This document shows positions 38,410-55,101 of a DNA stretch of 64,000 nt, one piece after another (positions within the stretch are counted from its first letter, which is position 1; the number at the start of each line of letters is the position of its first letter). Under the pieces are notes generated by a model. It was not told the origin of the DNA, did not search any database, and worked only from the letters and a program-made list of their open reading frames with translations. The stretch covers positions 1,188,801 to 1,252,800 of the forward strand of contig MU004184.1 of NCBI GenBank assembly GCA_010093605.1. The letters are read 5' to 3'. The stretch is from Lophium mytilinum (lineage: Eukaryota). The position numbers and the translations under genes are program-made.

Positions 38410-41400
38410 CTATCTGGCAACACCACCAGAAGAGGGAGAGCTCCGGCTGGATGGATGATGAATGGGGTTTCCTGTTGAGACTCGTTTCGAGGCCTTTTGG
38501 GCTTCAATCTTCCTCTTCAACGCTTTGAGACGGGCCTTCATGCTTTCAAGAACTACACAGCTGTTAGGTAAGGCGAGATGCAGCGGAGGGTTCAGAATAC
38601 ATACGTTTGATCACGGACTGGCGGTCTTCATCCTCGAGCCCGTTGATGTTGTCGTCGTCGCTCCGGCCGCGCGGCGGCGAATCGTCGTCTACCTCGATAA
38701 TGGCCTCGAGCATTCGGATCGCGGTCCAGTAGTTGATCTCACAGCCTGGGAGATCCTCACCAACCAGTTCATTCACAGCAGCCGCGCGACTCATTTCCAG
38801 AGCTCTCTCATACATCAGCTTCTCTGCGGTTACGCCTGTAGTCAGGTGTATATTTCCAGCGGAGGCAAGGGTAGTGTTGGAGCCAGATCCAGATGAGTGG
38901 TTGTTCGGATGGTTTGGATGGTCAGCAGGCAACTGCTTCTGAGTGTCTTGGAGCTTTTGCGCCACAAAGTCGGCCTTGTCACAGCACTCATTGAACCTAT
39001 TGCGAATCCATTGAACAACGTGGTTCATCCTGTCAGCATGTGCAGTAGAATTCCCACTTGAGGGGTTGGAACGTGGGGACGCTGTCTCGGAGCTAGGCAC
39101 TGTGCGTTGACGGCGGTTCCACCAGGTTCCTGCGAGGTCCATAGCGCGATCCAGAATGCCCAAGGATTTGACATATAGAACAAGGGCCTCTTCCGAAATG
39201 ACAACCGTAACGTCAACAGTCAGTTCGTCGTCATCGTCGTCAGCATCGTCCTGTCCGCTTGGCCTACGAACCATGTTGGCTGCATCAATTCCAAGCCCCT
39301 GATCACTCGGAGGAGCTGGAATCAGCTGCTTGTATTTGACTTCCGCAAAACCAAATACAACGTGACTGCGATGAGCAAGGTCCTCCACAGCAGATATCGT
39401 TCTGGTGTCCTCATCCTTGATCGAAGAGGTCTTTCCAGCGTCGCCTACCAAGAGGAGACTGCTTTGGGCGGTTGGATAAGTCGGGAAAGCGGAATATCCT
39501 TGTGGAGGAGAGACTCCTTTCATCATGGGCGGGGACAAGCCAAGGCCACGGATATTGACCATGTTCATGGCCTTTGATAATGCCGAGGTTGCACTCTCGA
39601 AGCTTGGACGATACCTTCGTTCGTAAGACGCATTCCGTTGATGTAGTGCTTCTGGGTGCTGACGATTAGAGGCAATCTGGATCGCACGCGAGGGGTTTGT
39701 GGCCCCAGTGTTCGAAGCAGGAGTCCCCTGAGTGGTCGCGCGCCGTACCATTGCTCCATACTTCGGCGATGAAGGCTGCTCTCGCGTTGTATGGGGACTA
39801 ACGGCAATTTCATCTGCCAAAGCATCGATCTCGACCCTTCGTTTCTCCACAAGAACGTAGTCTCGCTCAAAAGCAATGTCCTGTGCAGCTCGTTCCCTTG
39901 CATCCCGAAGAGCACGCTCATCCGCACGTTGAGGGATGCGCTCACGATCCAGATGCTCTTTCAGCATTGACGAAGTAGGGGACGGAGAGTTCCGACTGTT
40001 GCGCCGATCCATAGCGATCGCTGCTGGCACTGGATTACGATCCTGTATGAGGGTTGGGCGTGCTGGAGCGGTCGCGGTACTTGTGAATGTCGGACGTCTC
40101 TCCCGTTGCGATGGTCCTTGCGGCTCAGCTACATGCATTTGAGCATTGCTAAACCTACGCGCCGAGGTGGGTCGCGGTGGAGTGCCAAAGTTCTGTCCTG
40201 AGGTTGGTCTAGAATTAGGCCGAGATGGCGGTGTGGTGCCAAAGCTAGTCCTCTCCCGTGGCGACTGGGAATATGGACTGTCCTGCATTCGCTGGTGCGC
40301 ATCCACCGGCATCTTCTGCACGTTCTTTGGCAGAGGTAGAGCCTCGATTTCCGGCTCGGCTACACGATCCTCCCCAACGAGCCCAGGGATTACGTCGCAG
40401 ACTACAGCGTCGTTGAAAAAGTTGTCATAGGACATTCTTTCGGTCGGGACTCTCTTCAGAAGCGCACGAATGAGGTTTTTCATGTCTCTGCTGATTACGA
40501 CGCCTTCCAAAAACTTGATGTGGTCCTTCCGTTCCTCGATCCGGCGGAGGAGCTCGACATGATTGTTGGCTCGAAAGGGAGGCCTGCCGCACACCATTTC
40601 GTAGAGGACAGTTCCTACTGACCACAGATCTGCTTTAGCGTCATATTTCTCATATCGTAGAATTTCAGGGGCCATGTAGAGCGGAGAGCCGCAAAGGGTT
40701 TCGGCCAAAGATGTCGTAGGCAGGATCCTTGCGAAGCCGAAGTCGGCAATTTTGAGCATAGGCAGCGATTCAATGCCAGCTGCTGGGATCAACGAATTCG
40801 CATCGGCAGACATGGGCATCCTATCCAGTATGTCGTTTCTGGCGTAGTACAAGGACGAGGGATTGAGCAGCAGATTCTGTGGCTTGAGATCCCGATGGAT
40901 GTAGTTCTTGGACCGCAGGAACTCGAGCGCGCTAGCTATCTGCTTTGTAAAATGGCGGACAATAGCCTCGTTGAGGCCACCAACTGCGGGATTGGGATAC
41001 TTTTGGATCATCCGTCGTGTCTCTGGATGGTCTCCCAGGCTGTTGCGCTTCTTGATGAAGGCGGACAGGTCTCCAAGCTCGCAGAACTCCATTATGATGT
41101 GCATCTTGGTGGGGCTTTCCTGGCAACCGATGAGCGCAACGATGTGTGGGTGGTGTAAGCTCTTCAGTATCGATATCTCGGAGACAAGGTTTTGTTTTAG
41201 CTTTGAGTTCAGTTTGGTCATGTTTACGGACTTGATGGCGACATTCTGTTTCTTTTCCTAAATAACGAAGACGCATTAGCATAGTTCATCGAATACTTGT
41301 TCGAGGATAATCGGGCAGGGTTCGCGCTTCAACACGGGCTCAGGACGTTGAGGCTGGGGACGTACGATGTGTATGCCACGATAGACCTCGGCGAAGCTGC

Positions 41401-41521
41401 CCTTCCCGATGTGGGAGAGCCTCCTGAATTGTCCTATCTCGGTCTCGGAGGCTCCTTGAGATGAGGCCTGCGTCGAGGTCGACGGCCGCCTCGATTTGTG
41501 CGGCAGGCCCGGGGTCGCCAT
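38410..41521 (-). CDS. ATG1: Autophagy Ser/Thr kinase Atg1
   Basis: [45 protein letters not shown] and C-terminal MIT-like region [20 protein letters not shown]; two introns. Confidence 0.97.
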
Positions 41522-43051
41522 GATGGCGGAGTGCCAGCCGGTGAGATTTCGAAGCTGTTGCAAGCCTAGGGGCGGCGAGTTGTTTAACTACCAACGAAGA
41601 TGCGGGTATAGGGACGGCGTGAGGCGGTTGCACATGGACTGAAACGCTGAACGAGTGTTGGGGATGAGGAGGGTGAAGGGCGGTAGGAGTAGGGCGCGAG
41701 GTGGAGGGGAGGGGTATAGAATCTAGGAAGGATGATTCAAGAGGTCTAGGGGGAGGATGAAGCCAGTAGCGCGCAGGCAAAGGGCGAAGAATCAGAAGGG
41801 ATGGCGGCGGCGGGTGTTGGCGGTTTTGGGGGAGAGGAGGGAGGAGGTGAATTCGGGCGTGGATGTCGTGACGACCTGGAGTCAGAGAGTCGGGATGCTG
41901 GCGAGCTGGCCGCCTCAACGCGCTTCGATAGGCCTTATCGACGGCTTGGCTTAGAGTGGACCCCTGCGCTGCACCTCTGGCACCCGTCGCGCGCTCTGCA
42001 GCGGGACTTGCACGGTAGCGGACCTTAGAGCAGCCGCGGGACGGCCAGTAGATGCGAGTGCCTGGCGAGTGAGGCCTGGTAGTGAATTATTGTGCAGCCG
42101 TGTATGTATTCCAAGGATGTAGTTCCAAGGTTGTATGTATGTATATACCGCGGCCGTCTCGTGCACGAGAAGCGCACGCGAGGCCGTCACCACCTGGGCA
42201 GGCCGCCGCCTTTTGGCATACGCTACGTACTGTCACAGCTGTCACGGCGGCCTCTATCGCAGGGCCCGCTTACTTAACCATCGCGCGCGCACCTGGGTAG
42301 TGTGACGGGTCTGAGGTCTGACCAGACCACGAAGCACTGCCTGCGAGTGTCGTCGCCGTCAGAGCTGCCTGCAACAAAGCCCACAACGCTTCGGGGAAGG
42401 CCAGCCGCCGGTGATCATCTGCCACTGCAAAGCAGATCCGGCTAGCGGCTGCTGGCGACGTCCAAAGTCACCGGCAGCTGTCTGAGATCAGTGAGCACGC
42501 AACGCCGGAGCCGCCAATGCCACAATCATGGCGCAAGAAGACGCCAGGACACCTGCCTCAGCATCGCCGCCGAAGCACCGCAGCTCGCAGCCGTCCAGCG
42601 CTTGTCTGGCCGTAGTGAGCTGATGCGCGTGTTGCACTGTCGCGGAGTATACTCCCATGCCCGATTGGGCGTCCTCGGATTGCTCGAAGCGGCTATCCTG
42701 AAGCTGTACTTCGAGCAGGTCTGAGGATCTGCAATCTCCGCAAATCATCGCCGCCCGTGTGCGGGATCGTGGGGAAATCAAGGTTCGGCATGCCGACGAT
42801 AGCGAAGCAGAGCCTGTCTGGTGAATTGCTTGGGGTGGGATGCTGGAGGGAAGTCAAGATAGCCGCGTTAAGCTGGCTAAATCTGGACGCTACTCCACGT
42901 GCCAGAGTCACAGAATGTACCCGGTGCTCCGTGCGCTCACGTGGCCTGGCCCTCCAAATAGTGAATGCCATGAATACGCAGGGCCGCCAACGCGCGTATC
43001 TCATTTCTGCCACTATCCGCAATACCATTACTAATACAGCGCTGGCTACAT

Positions 43052-45925
43052 CTACAGCCTGACCCCTCGCACGAGCAGCCAGAGCATCACAGGCACAACA
43101 ACATTGTCGTTTCCCCCGGTTAGCACCGCCTCGTTGAGACTGGCGCCACAGGCCGACACCGCTGCCTTCGCCACTGTGAGCAACCAGCCATCTGCTGCTC
43201 CCTCGTCGTCCCATTGCCCGAATCGCAGCCAGGCCTTTCCAAACACTAAGCCTACTGTCACTGCGACGGCAAAAGCAACACTTCCCTCTAGACTCTTTCC
43301 GCCTGCCCACGGCCACTTTCGTCTGCCGTAGCGGCGTCCGATCAACGAGGCCGCTGCATCGCCCATACCAACGCACACGACTCCCGCTACCATGCTGACA
43401 TCACGAGTAGGCACTTCCCAGCCCTCCCATGGCCTGTCTCCGGTGCGTCCAATGCCGGCGAGGGAGAGCCAGAGCGGTATGGCACATCCAATCAGGAGGA
43501 AAATGTGCGAGACGACAACCGGGCCTCGAAGGTCCCGCCCGTCGACGTAAGGGGTCAAGAAATAAGCCAACGGCTTGGACAGTGGAGGTAGTTGAGATGC
43601 CCGAAGGAGGTCTAGAAGCAGGAAAATTGCCAGTACGAGCACCAATGCGAGTGCTACGAAAGCAGGGTCAACATAGATCGTAGGAAGCAGCATCGCGACC
43701 ATCATGCCATGGAACACTTTCCGGCGCGTGTCCACTTCGACGACCGAGCTCAACCTGAGCACAACGACCATGCCAACCGCTATAACGCTGACGCAGTAGC
43801 CGCACAGGACAAGTCGAGTGTTGGCTTCCCCAGCTACAAATCGCCGAAGGTATTCTACTCGACCTGGGCGATGTGACCTTGATGTGTCGTCTGTGCCGAA
43901 CAGTGGTGGCAAGACAATCCAATCCTCAAGGTTCCAATTCACCACCTCAAAGCGTAGAGGCTGGATATGGCCGAAAAGGTATCCAATAGCCCATCCGAAT
44001 GGTTCGTTGCCATTCAGCGCGTATTCGCCTACAACGAATCGGATGGGCCCTAGGATCAGTATGGCTATAACCATGTAAACGTAGCCTGCATATGCCCATT
44101 TCCTCACGGCCGCCTGGGTAGGTGTCAGGGACAGATATGATTGCATAGCTGATGATTTAGCACGTCTGTGACGAGCGAAGGATAGTGGCCGCTGGACAGA
44201 AATCGGCTCTGGTAAATTTGCCAAGGTGTTCCGGCGCTTCCGAGTCGGGCTTGTGGCTCCCTTGATCTCGACCTCAGGTGGAAATTTGGGTGATGCTGTC
44301 CGCTCAACCGCAGACCTCGTTTCGGAAGGTTCGAAATGATTGAGAGGATTTGACTTCTGGATCGAAGAAGCCAACGTATTTAGCTTCAGAGTCCTTTGGG
44401 CCTTCTTGCCGCTCCCGTTGCCGTTGCCGATATCGATGACATCGTCGTCGGCGTCGCTGTCGGAAACGTTCTGCTTTGCCTTGTGCGGGTACCTGGGTGC
44501 CAAACTCTGGTTCAGTATCTCTATGAACGATTGCCTGGCTTTGATGACTCGTCCGGCATGTCTGAACCTCCACCTAGGGATTCGTGCTAGTGCTACTCCC
44601 CACTTGAGAATGTGGCCGCAAAGGACAAATAGCCCCAGGCCCCCAATCCAGATGACGGTAGTCAAGATCGTCATTTGCGGAGATTTGGCAAATAGGAGAA
44701 GGTTTATCAAAGCTATTGACAGAAGATGCAGCTCGGTAGGAAGTAAGCTTGTGGTAGTGAGATAATGTAGTGGCGGTAAAAGTGCCTGGTGGAGTGCGAA
44801 TAAGGACACAAGAATCTCAGGGTCTAGCCCATCGGGAGGTGGTGATTTTAGCATGTAGGGTTTTGGAGCAGTCAATTTAGAAGGCCACTCGGTGTTTTGT
44901 GAAGCTATGAGCGGTAGCGCAGAAATCAGCCAATGGCTTGAGCAAAATCCAGGTCCGCGGCCAGAAAATGGTATGAGTTGGGTTGGCAAGGCAGCCAAAC
45001 TTAGTATGATATTGGGAAGAAGTATCGGTCCAGATTTTGGGAGGAGAGACAGTGAAATAAGAAAAGGTATCGTAGCGGGGTATAATATAGGTGCCGGGTC
45101 AAATGCGGCAGGTATCCGTATCCGTTGTCTGAGCCGGTGGGCAGGTCCTTTCGAAATAGATCGCGAGTATTTAAGAAGTCGTAGGGGGTATAACAGGACC
45201 AGTGAGGAGATTATTGCTACGTGGCTGAGAATTTCTACTGGGAGTCAAGTTAGAGATACCAGATTAGAATTATATATGATCGTACCTCTATGCCAAACGA
45301 TAATGTTTTCCCAGCAGTTACAACCTTGGACAACCAGAAGCCCCAGAAACGCCAGCAAGCCTACTTCGGTGCTACGTCTAACCAGCTCGGCTCGTCTTCT
45401 CCTTAGGTATTTCTGCCTTGTAGCCTTTGTTTCTTCATCGGAAGGGGAGGGCCCGTCGAGGCCTGCCTTGAATTGGTTTGGGAATCTCTTGCCCTCCTCA
45501 TCTACCTGGGACGGCGTGAGGAGGGGTGTATATACTCCATCAATCGCACTGCCTCTAGAATCCCGAAGCCCTTTTCGAGGCCGCACGGGAGGGGCAGGCA
45601 GTGCTCGCACGAAGCCGTATCCTTCATCGTCCGCTTCTGTCCCACTGTCACTTGGTGTACGGGATATTTTCTTGCGCCCCCTCGCTTCCTCGTCGGATAT
45701 TATTCGCTCGCGGTCAGAACCGGACTGAGGGGTCTTCAGGGTGGTGCGGGGAGGAGAGCCATTGTTGGAGGACTCGCTGGATAGGTTTGAGAGCGCAAAG
45801 TCTGTCTGTCGTCGGTGATACGGGTGTGGAGAGCGGCGGAGTAGGGCGAGCGCATCAGCATCAAATGGTTCGTCTTGTTCGGATCTCAAGTCAGTTGGTT
45901 CAGGCGGCTTCAGCGCGTTCGACAT
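43052..45925 (-). CDS. SEC59: Dolichol kinase
   Basis: VDTRRKVFHG, DGRDLRGPVVVSHIFLLIGC, GMGDAAASLIGRRYG, KSLEGS and NDNVVVP; one intron near 45283-45238. Confidence 0.93.
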
Positions 45926-46618
45926 AGTGTTGGGTGTCTTCGAAGGGACTCCATAGATGGCGGTGGACTTTAGGAGATGTGTCGGGTTGGGATATGCATG
46001 GGGAAGAAGCAGCGAGGGCGAGGAATTTGGGCGAGAGAGAGCTGATTAAAAGTAAGTCACTACGAACGCAACTCGAGAGAAGCTTATTAAACTGGGGCAA
46101 GCTGCGAAGCATTCACATGTTTCGGGTGCATCGCCCTAAAACGTTGGGGTGGTTCGCGTCCCGTCGGGATCGTCGTCAGCCTTGCAGCCAATGGCGGTCT
46201 ACGTCACCAATCGCAACTGTTAGTACAGTTTGTGGTACACTTCCAATCCGTGCACAGCCCTCTGCCACTACTTGGGATGGCCTAACGAATTTACGAAGCT
46301 CTTATGAAGCCAAAACATCCGTATGATCTGGAACTCTGAAAATAGCATGAGGGGCCACAAGCGGTGTAGAGCCGTGTGCAGACAATGCAGATTCAAACAT
46401 TCCACGAAACCGATAGTGGATCAAGGTCAAAAAGGGGAAAACTTTTAATTGACACCCATTCCTTCCAAACCCCACACGCCTGGACAAATGCCCCTGAAGA
46501 AATTTACAAGAAGATACATCTATGACCTTTCAATTAACACCAAGCACTCCAACATGTCTGAGGCGACTCGTCTCCTATTTACCATTGCTTCCCATCTACG
46601 TCTCGTCACTAGACGCCA

Positions 46619-49520
<2,902 letters not shown>

Positions 49521-50590
49521 TTATCGCACCCCGCGACTGGTGGCGCCCGCCTAACATCTATTGGCTACGTTTGTCCAGGTGCGCTTCCACGAAATTTCTG
49601 CACTTTTCCTTGCGCATGATCGAGCCTTCATGGCATTTTAAGCATGCAGCACGCCGTCTGAGGTGCCCTAGCAAGCCTGACAGGGCGTAAAACCGCCCCG
49701 TTCGAGTTTTCGAAAAGGAGTTGAGGCAAGTCACGCGGTGGTAGACAGATTTACACAATTGTCCAATCGTCAGTTTCCAGGACGGTGGAAACATTATCAG
49801 TACTCCTGGGACTTCTGGAGTTATACACACTCCATAGGACGCCGCCTGAAGTGTCCTGACAAGTCTGAAAGACTACGCACATGATTTCGTTTAATTTGTT
49901 AAGAGAGGTGTTGAGGCAGTTCACGCCGCGGCAAACCAATCTACACAGACATCCCTGACATCCAACTTTCAATTTTCATGGTGGTAGATATAATGATGGT
50001 ACTCAAGAGATTTTTTAGTGCACATATAATTACACATAGCCATGCTCAAACCCTCCTATACGCTGCCTGAGGTAGCTCAACATGCCGTAGGTTAGTACGT
50101 AGCTTGAGAGCTTTATTCGCTGTTTTGCTTCGTATGCCAGCATTTACTTCAAGCCCCACTTCGCATTCTCTGTCTCTACCACGGCCCTCGAGAAGGCGAA
50201 AACTGGTCCAGGACTCGAGACCAGGGCTCTATTATCAGGCCTAGACGTGCTAGAAAAATAACGCAGTGAACAACTACTCTGCGTGGTTGGAAGAGGATGC
50301 TGATAGACGGCACTTTGTCCACGCCGCGTCTACCCGACGTCCTTAAACATCTAAAAGATGCCTATACGGCCTTGACGACGCCATGCCACGTACAATTGTA
50401 AATAGTACGGATCTAAGCGTCTAGAAATGATGTCTGTGAGGGTTTAGTAAACCTACCAGACATGGAGAGACGATTTTGACTACTCAAGGAGCCCTTAGTA
50501 TTTCGACTGGTATACTGGGTATAACGCGCAAAACAGCGACGCCAGTGCTGCCGCCCTGACTCCAGCCTAAGTCCGCCATTTAAAGATAGA

Positions 50591-51643
50591 CTACGCCTTG
50601 AGTCCATCAATCTGACTCCACTCCCTCCACCTCTCATCCGCTCTCCTCACCAGCCCCTTCATAACCTCCCTCCCCACAACCCCACCCCCTCTCTTCTCAA
50701 TCCGCCGCATCCTCCTCTTTCCCCCAGACCCGTCCACAACCACCGTGACAACCTCTTTGCATAGCCCTTCCTCAAACGCATCCGGATCACTAAGCACCCA
50801 CGCCTTCTCCTCCTCATTCTCTTCATCCTGCTCCCCTTCGCTCAACAGCTCCGTAGGTTTAAACACCGCAAACGTCACCGCCATCGGCAAGCCTCTCAGC
50901 CTCAGAGACCGCGCGTCGGATACAGAGGGCGAGCAGAGTATATTCTGTGCGTCCTCGTCCCACCACGCGGAAGGAAGCAGTGTATCACGAAGCGCGGCGA
51001 CTACAGCGGCCCAAGCCACGTCGAGCGCGTTGCCGTCCAGGCTTATGAACATGATGTCGATGTAGAGTGCCCAGTACGCCTTGACCTCCTTTTCCGACGG
51101 CTCGTCATCTCCGGAAGCCTCTGAAGGCGGAGGCGTGTATATGATCCTCAGGTCCCGCGCACGGAGCAACTGCGTAGAGTATAGTAGCGCGCGGATACGA
51201 GAGGTGAGTGATTGCGCGAGTGTAGACGGTGGTGAGCCCGGGAGGTGGGCGGGAGACGCGCCGTTTGCGAGTTCGATGTTCGGAACCAAGAGGGATAGGC
51301 TTGATAGCTCTGACGCGTCGTTTTCTGCGTCATCCTCTCTATCGGAGTTGAGGTTCGTTGGGAGGACTGGCGGATTCGGGATGTTGGAGGCCAGCAGGAG
51401 TTCTCCTCGTACGCCGCATACGACAGCTGTGTCGCCTAGTCGCACTACAGCGCTGCCGGAGCAATGGCTTAAGCTGCCTGTGTTTATGGTGGGTTTACGG
51501 AATTCAAAGGGGGCGCGGCCGTTGGGTCGGGAGGGGTTGGTGGAGGGGGAGTCGGGGGATAGGTGGGCGAGGAGGAATGGCGACGGAGAGAGGGCTGCGA
51601 AGATGTCGCGCGGGAAGGAGAGCGAAGGGGCTGCGGTAGCCAT
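50591..51643 (-). CDS. RRP43: Exosome RNase PH-like subunit Rrp43
   Basis: RPNGR..EFR, GSAVVRLGDTAVVCGVRGE, LLVPNIEL, WALYIDIMFISLDGN and DPDAFEE. Confidence 0.88.
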   Translation of the reverse strand: MATAAPSLSFPRDIFAALSPSPFLLAHLSPDSPSTNPSRPNGRAPFEFRKPTINTGSLSHCSGSAVVRLGDTAVVCGVRGELLLASNIPNPPVLPTNLNSDREDDAENDASELSSLSLLVPNIELANGASPAHLPGSPPSTLAQSLTSRIRALLYSTQLLRARDLRIIYTPPPSEASGDDEPSEKEVKAYWALYIDIMFISLDGNALDVAWAAVVAALRDTLLPSAWWDEDAQNILCSPSVSDARSLRLRGLPMAVTFAVFKPTELLSEGEQDEENEEEKAWVLSDPDAFEEGLCKEVVTVVVDGSGGKRRMRRIEKRGGGVVGREVMKGLVRRADERWREWSQIDGLKA

Positions 51644-52121
51644 TGCGTGTTTAATAAGGTAGTTGTGATCGTCGCGGTGGCAGGAAGGAAGGATGTTCAA
51701 TGATTGTTTGGAGCTCTGGAAATCTTTTTGAATAGCTTGCAGGGGGTTGTGTCCATTAGCGCACTTTGGGAAGAACGAGCAAGATCAAGGCGGCTGAACT
51801 GGATCCTCGGGTTGAGCTAAAACCCTGGGTGAGAACTCGATGACTGAGCGGTTCCCTAAGGTAATAGCAGTATTGATCACAAGTTCCTTGTTCATAATGC
51901 CTTTCACTCATCCCTGCCCCGCTGTAGATGCCCCGCCGTGACCTTCCGCGTGCCCAGAACGACGTCACCGGCGTCATATATATCTAATGGCCTTCCAAAG
52001 CAGCACACCTTCCAAGCCTCTCCCCGAACTCATCAACGACTACTACGCCCAGAAACCAAGCTTCTCCTCCCTCACCACCACATATCCAGACGAGAACTCA
52101 AAACCACAATCTACTTCCATC

Positions 52122-52504
52122 ATGCCTGTCCACCCCGCTGAAGAGAACGCCACTGGGAGTACGTCAAGCTCTTTAACAAAGCCCGAGTGACCTCGGCATA
52201 CTGAGTGGAAATGAGGAACTAACATCATCTCTAGGTATCACCGATCAGGTCGCTAAGGATTCATCCGACTCCACAGCATCCACACATGAGAGTCATAATG
52301 TGGATACTGGTGTAAACCCAGGAGGCGTGCATGCCAACGCCCACAAAGCCAACCCGGTGAGTGAGGCTTGACCTTCTTGTCAATCGTTGCCCATTGTACA
52401 AATGCTGACTAGCAGTTTGGCAGGGACCTGTCATCGCTGAGAACATTGGAAAGCCGGAGAGCAAGGAGGCGTTGAAGAAGAGAGCCGAAGAGCTGAACCA
52501 GTAG
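52122..52504 (+). CDS. Small hydrophilic hypothetical protein, 3 exons (start could be 51987)
   Basis: Two GT-AG introns with branch sites join MPVHPAEENATG..ITDQVAKD...HANAHKANP|GPVIAENIGKPESKEALKKRAEELNQ*. Confidence 0.65.
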
Positions 52505-52792
52505 ATGGAACTAACTGGTATCTCACGAGTTCATGATATGGGGACGAGAGGAATGAGAGGAATGACCATAGGGTGCCTCTTCTAGTGGCATATGAATAAA
52601 GATACCAAATCATGACTTCGTGCATTTAGAGTTCAATCACGCAAGATGATAATTATAGGTAATGGCCACAAGGCTATGCCTTGAGTTCATAATAGCTTTT
52701 ATACAAGAGTGCTCCTATCTTAGGTCACTCATTCACAATGGTATCATTCGGAAACCTGTCCTGTGTAACTCCTCGCCGCTCTTTGCTCCTAC

Positions 52793-53567
52793 TTATAGGC
52801 CAGCTAGAGCTCCGACAACCGCCATTCCGCCCAGAGCCCACGCAGCCATTGTCTGGTGTGGCGCCATGCCAGTCGAAGTCGCGGTCGCGGATGCCGCAGT
52901 TGCAGAACCGGAGGCAGACTTGGAAGAAACAGCACCAGTGGCTTCTGGGTTGGTCGTGTTCGCAAGAGGGGATCCTGAGACAGTCGAGACCTTGACTCCA
53001 GTGTTGTTCTTGCAGTTGGTGTTATAGTCGGTAGTGGAGAGCGCAGTCTTGGTAAGAGTGATATCGGCACACTGTAGAAGCCGTCAACGCAAGCTCCTCT
53101 AACACAGTCGCACATAATGTGACTCGAAAAGCTATCTCCCGGATTCTGGGAGAAAAGAATCTTACCTGGTAGAGTCCGCCATCTGGGTCGCCGTTCGACA
53201 CGACCTGGATAGTCGCCTCCTGGCCCTCAGTGAAATTGACGCCCTCGGGCAGGCTCACTTGACCCATGCAGAAGTTGCCGAGGCCCTCTTCTTCGAAGGT
53301 GGGACGCAGGATGATGTTGTAGTTGACGCCAGGGTCGCTGCCGAGGGAGAGCAGCACCATCACGTCGGTCTGCGTGTGGTGCATGTCTAGCTGGATGGGG
53401 GCGCCGACTGCGGGCCACGAGGTTCGGGTCTTGCTGACAGTATCGAAGCCACCGCAGGGGAAGTTGACGGCCTTGTCATCGTCGAAGCCGCGTGCCGGAG
53501 GCCAAGTGAGGAGGAAATGGGCGGAGGTGATGGGGAGAAGAGCGAGGAGAGCGAGGTTGGACAACAT
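52793..53567 (-). CDS. GPI-anchored copper acquisition factor Bim1-like (LPMO-like X325 family)
   Basis: Signal peptide ends at SA|H, giving a mature N-terminal His. HFLLTWPPARGFDDD..FPCGG, second His in DMHH, Asp in GDPDGGLYQCADI, Ser/Thr/Ala stalk and hydrophobic GPI tail; intron 53165-53072. Confidence 0.9.
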
Positions 53568-53892
53568 GGTGCAATTGAGGTGTGAATTGACTTGTTGGTG
53601 TTGTTACGGAAAGTAGTTCAAGATTGGAAAGAATTGAAGCAGGAAAAGAGGTTCAAGGGGATTAGAGGAGGAAGTTGCGAGAAAGGCCAAGAGAAGGGTT
53701 GCGTTCCTGCAGGCAACCCGAGCACCTTATGAATGAATGCACGGCAGGGCCTTGGGATTCCGGTGGCTGGATACACGGCCACAATAAGCTCACAATGAAC
53801 GCCAGGTCAAATGTGCGGCACTAAAAGAACGGAGCTGCTACGGGTCTGGGTAAGCGGCTATCAAAGGGTGCCATTTGTCTCGACGATGCAGG

Positions 53893-54296
53893 TGAGCAAG
53901 TTTCTACGGCTTGAGCACATTTGAAGCTCGAGCCTTTTAGGGGGCCTAGCTCGCGTCCTGCATCTACCCCTGCTGGCCCACGATCAGCACCAGCAACGTC
54001 GGAACGCAGAATTCACAGGACACACCAAAAATGGACCGTGCGCAACACTTCATCACGCTTCCACAACGCAGTACAGTCATGGTAACAACAATGGACAAAT
54101 AGCTTGGTTGACCACTTGCGTGGGTCGTCCGACAATTTTAGGATAGTTCTGGGTCTGTGGTGTGGAGAGACTTGTCAGTGAGAGTGCTAACTGAGTGGGC
54201 CGAAGTCGACGGCCCCACCAAATGCCCCGCCACCAAGGTTGTCTTGCGGCCGAGCGACTGTCATCCCAAGCTTTGTTACAGGATTCATTGTGCTCA
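53893..54296. promoter_or_regulatory. Putative Mac1/Cuf1 copper-response elements upstream of the Bim1-like gene
   Basis: TGAGCAAG 53893-53900, TGAGCACA 53912-53919 and TGTGCTCA 54289-54296, matching the GCTCA-core CuRE consensus. Confidence 0.55.
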
Positions 54297-54519
54297 ATAG
54301 TAGGCAACTACTGTCGTTGAAGTGAGGTATATGAGGTGAGTTCTATTGCTAGGGTAGTGTGCCGCTCCGCACTGGAATAGCTATCTCGAGGAACCCAAAC
54401 TCCTCCGATCCCAGCCATGATATTGTCACCTTCCACGAATGGACCGCAAACGCCGAGCCCGATGCAAACAATATTAATAACTCCCAAACAACTGTCCAGA
54501 CGGCTAATAATATCCAGCA

Positions 54520-55101
54520 TCAGTTCCCAGGTGCTCCGTAGCGGCCAAATGCCAGCTCTCCGAGAAAGACACCCCCGAGCACTGAAAGAAAATAGCCCAC
54601 GTTGAAGGTCATGACAGCCAGCATGCTGTGGACTATTAGCGATACGTTACAAAGAAAGACATCTGCCAAAACTTACAGGAGATAGCCCACTCCAGCTATG
54701 CAAGTGTATATCAATGCTCTCGGGAGGTCGACACTGAATCGCCATGGCTGGATGTGCTGGATTGGACTCTGCACAATCATGACATGCTCTTCCACACCGT
54801 TTGCTGATATAACCGCTGTTTTGGAGTCGGCATCCGAACTGATGCGCTCGGCGATAGGTGTCTTGTCTGCGACTACGACGTATCGGCGCTTCATGGCAGA
54901 CTCCAGCCATTTGTGCTCCAGGAAGTGCAGCAGCTTGAAGCTGCCTCGATACAGGGCCGCAAACAGAATGAGGAAGATGCAGGTACCCGCATAGGCTCCG
55001 GTTGATTTGGGTGACCATTGCTCAGAGTAGAGAGGCGTCGACGAAGAGGTGAAGAAGGTCATGACCATCTCGCTCGCCGGCATCATTCCAGACATGTCCA
55101 T
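54520..55101 (-). CDS. Ctr-family copper transporter
   Basis: Met-rich N-terminus MDMSGMMPASEMVMTFF, TPLYSEQWSP, YAGTCIFL, PWRFSVDLPRA, YLLMLAVMTFNVGYF (MxxxM) and GVFLG (GxxxG); intron 54676-54626. Confidence 0.95.

Noticed and set aside
37923..38507. 194-aa ORF downstream of ATG1
   Set aside because: Out-of-frame overlap with the ATG1 last exon and 3' UTR; no domain features.
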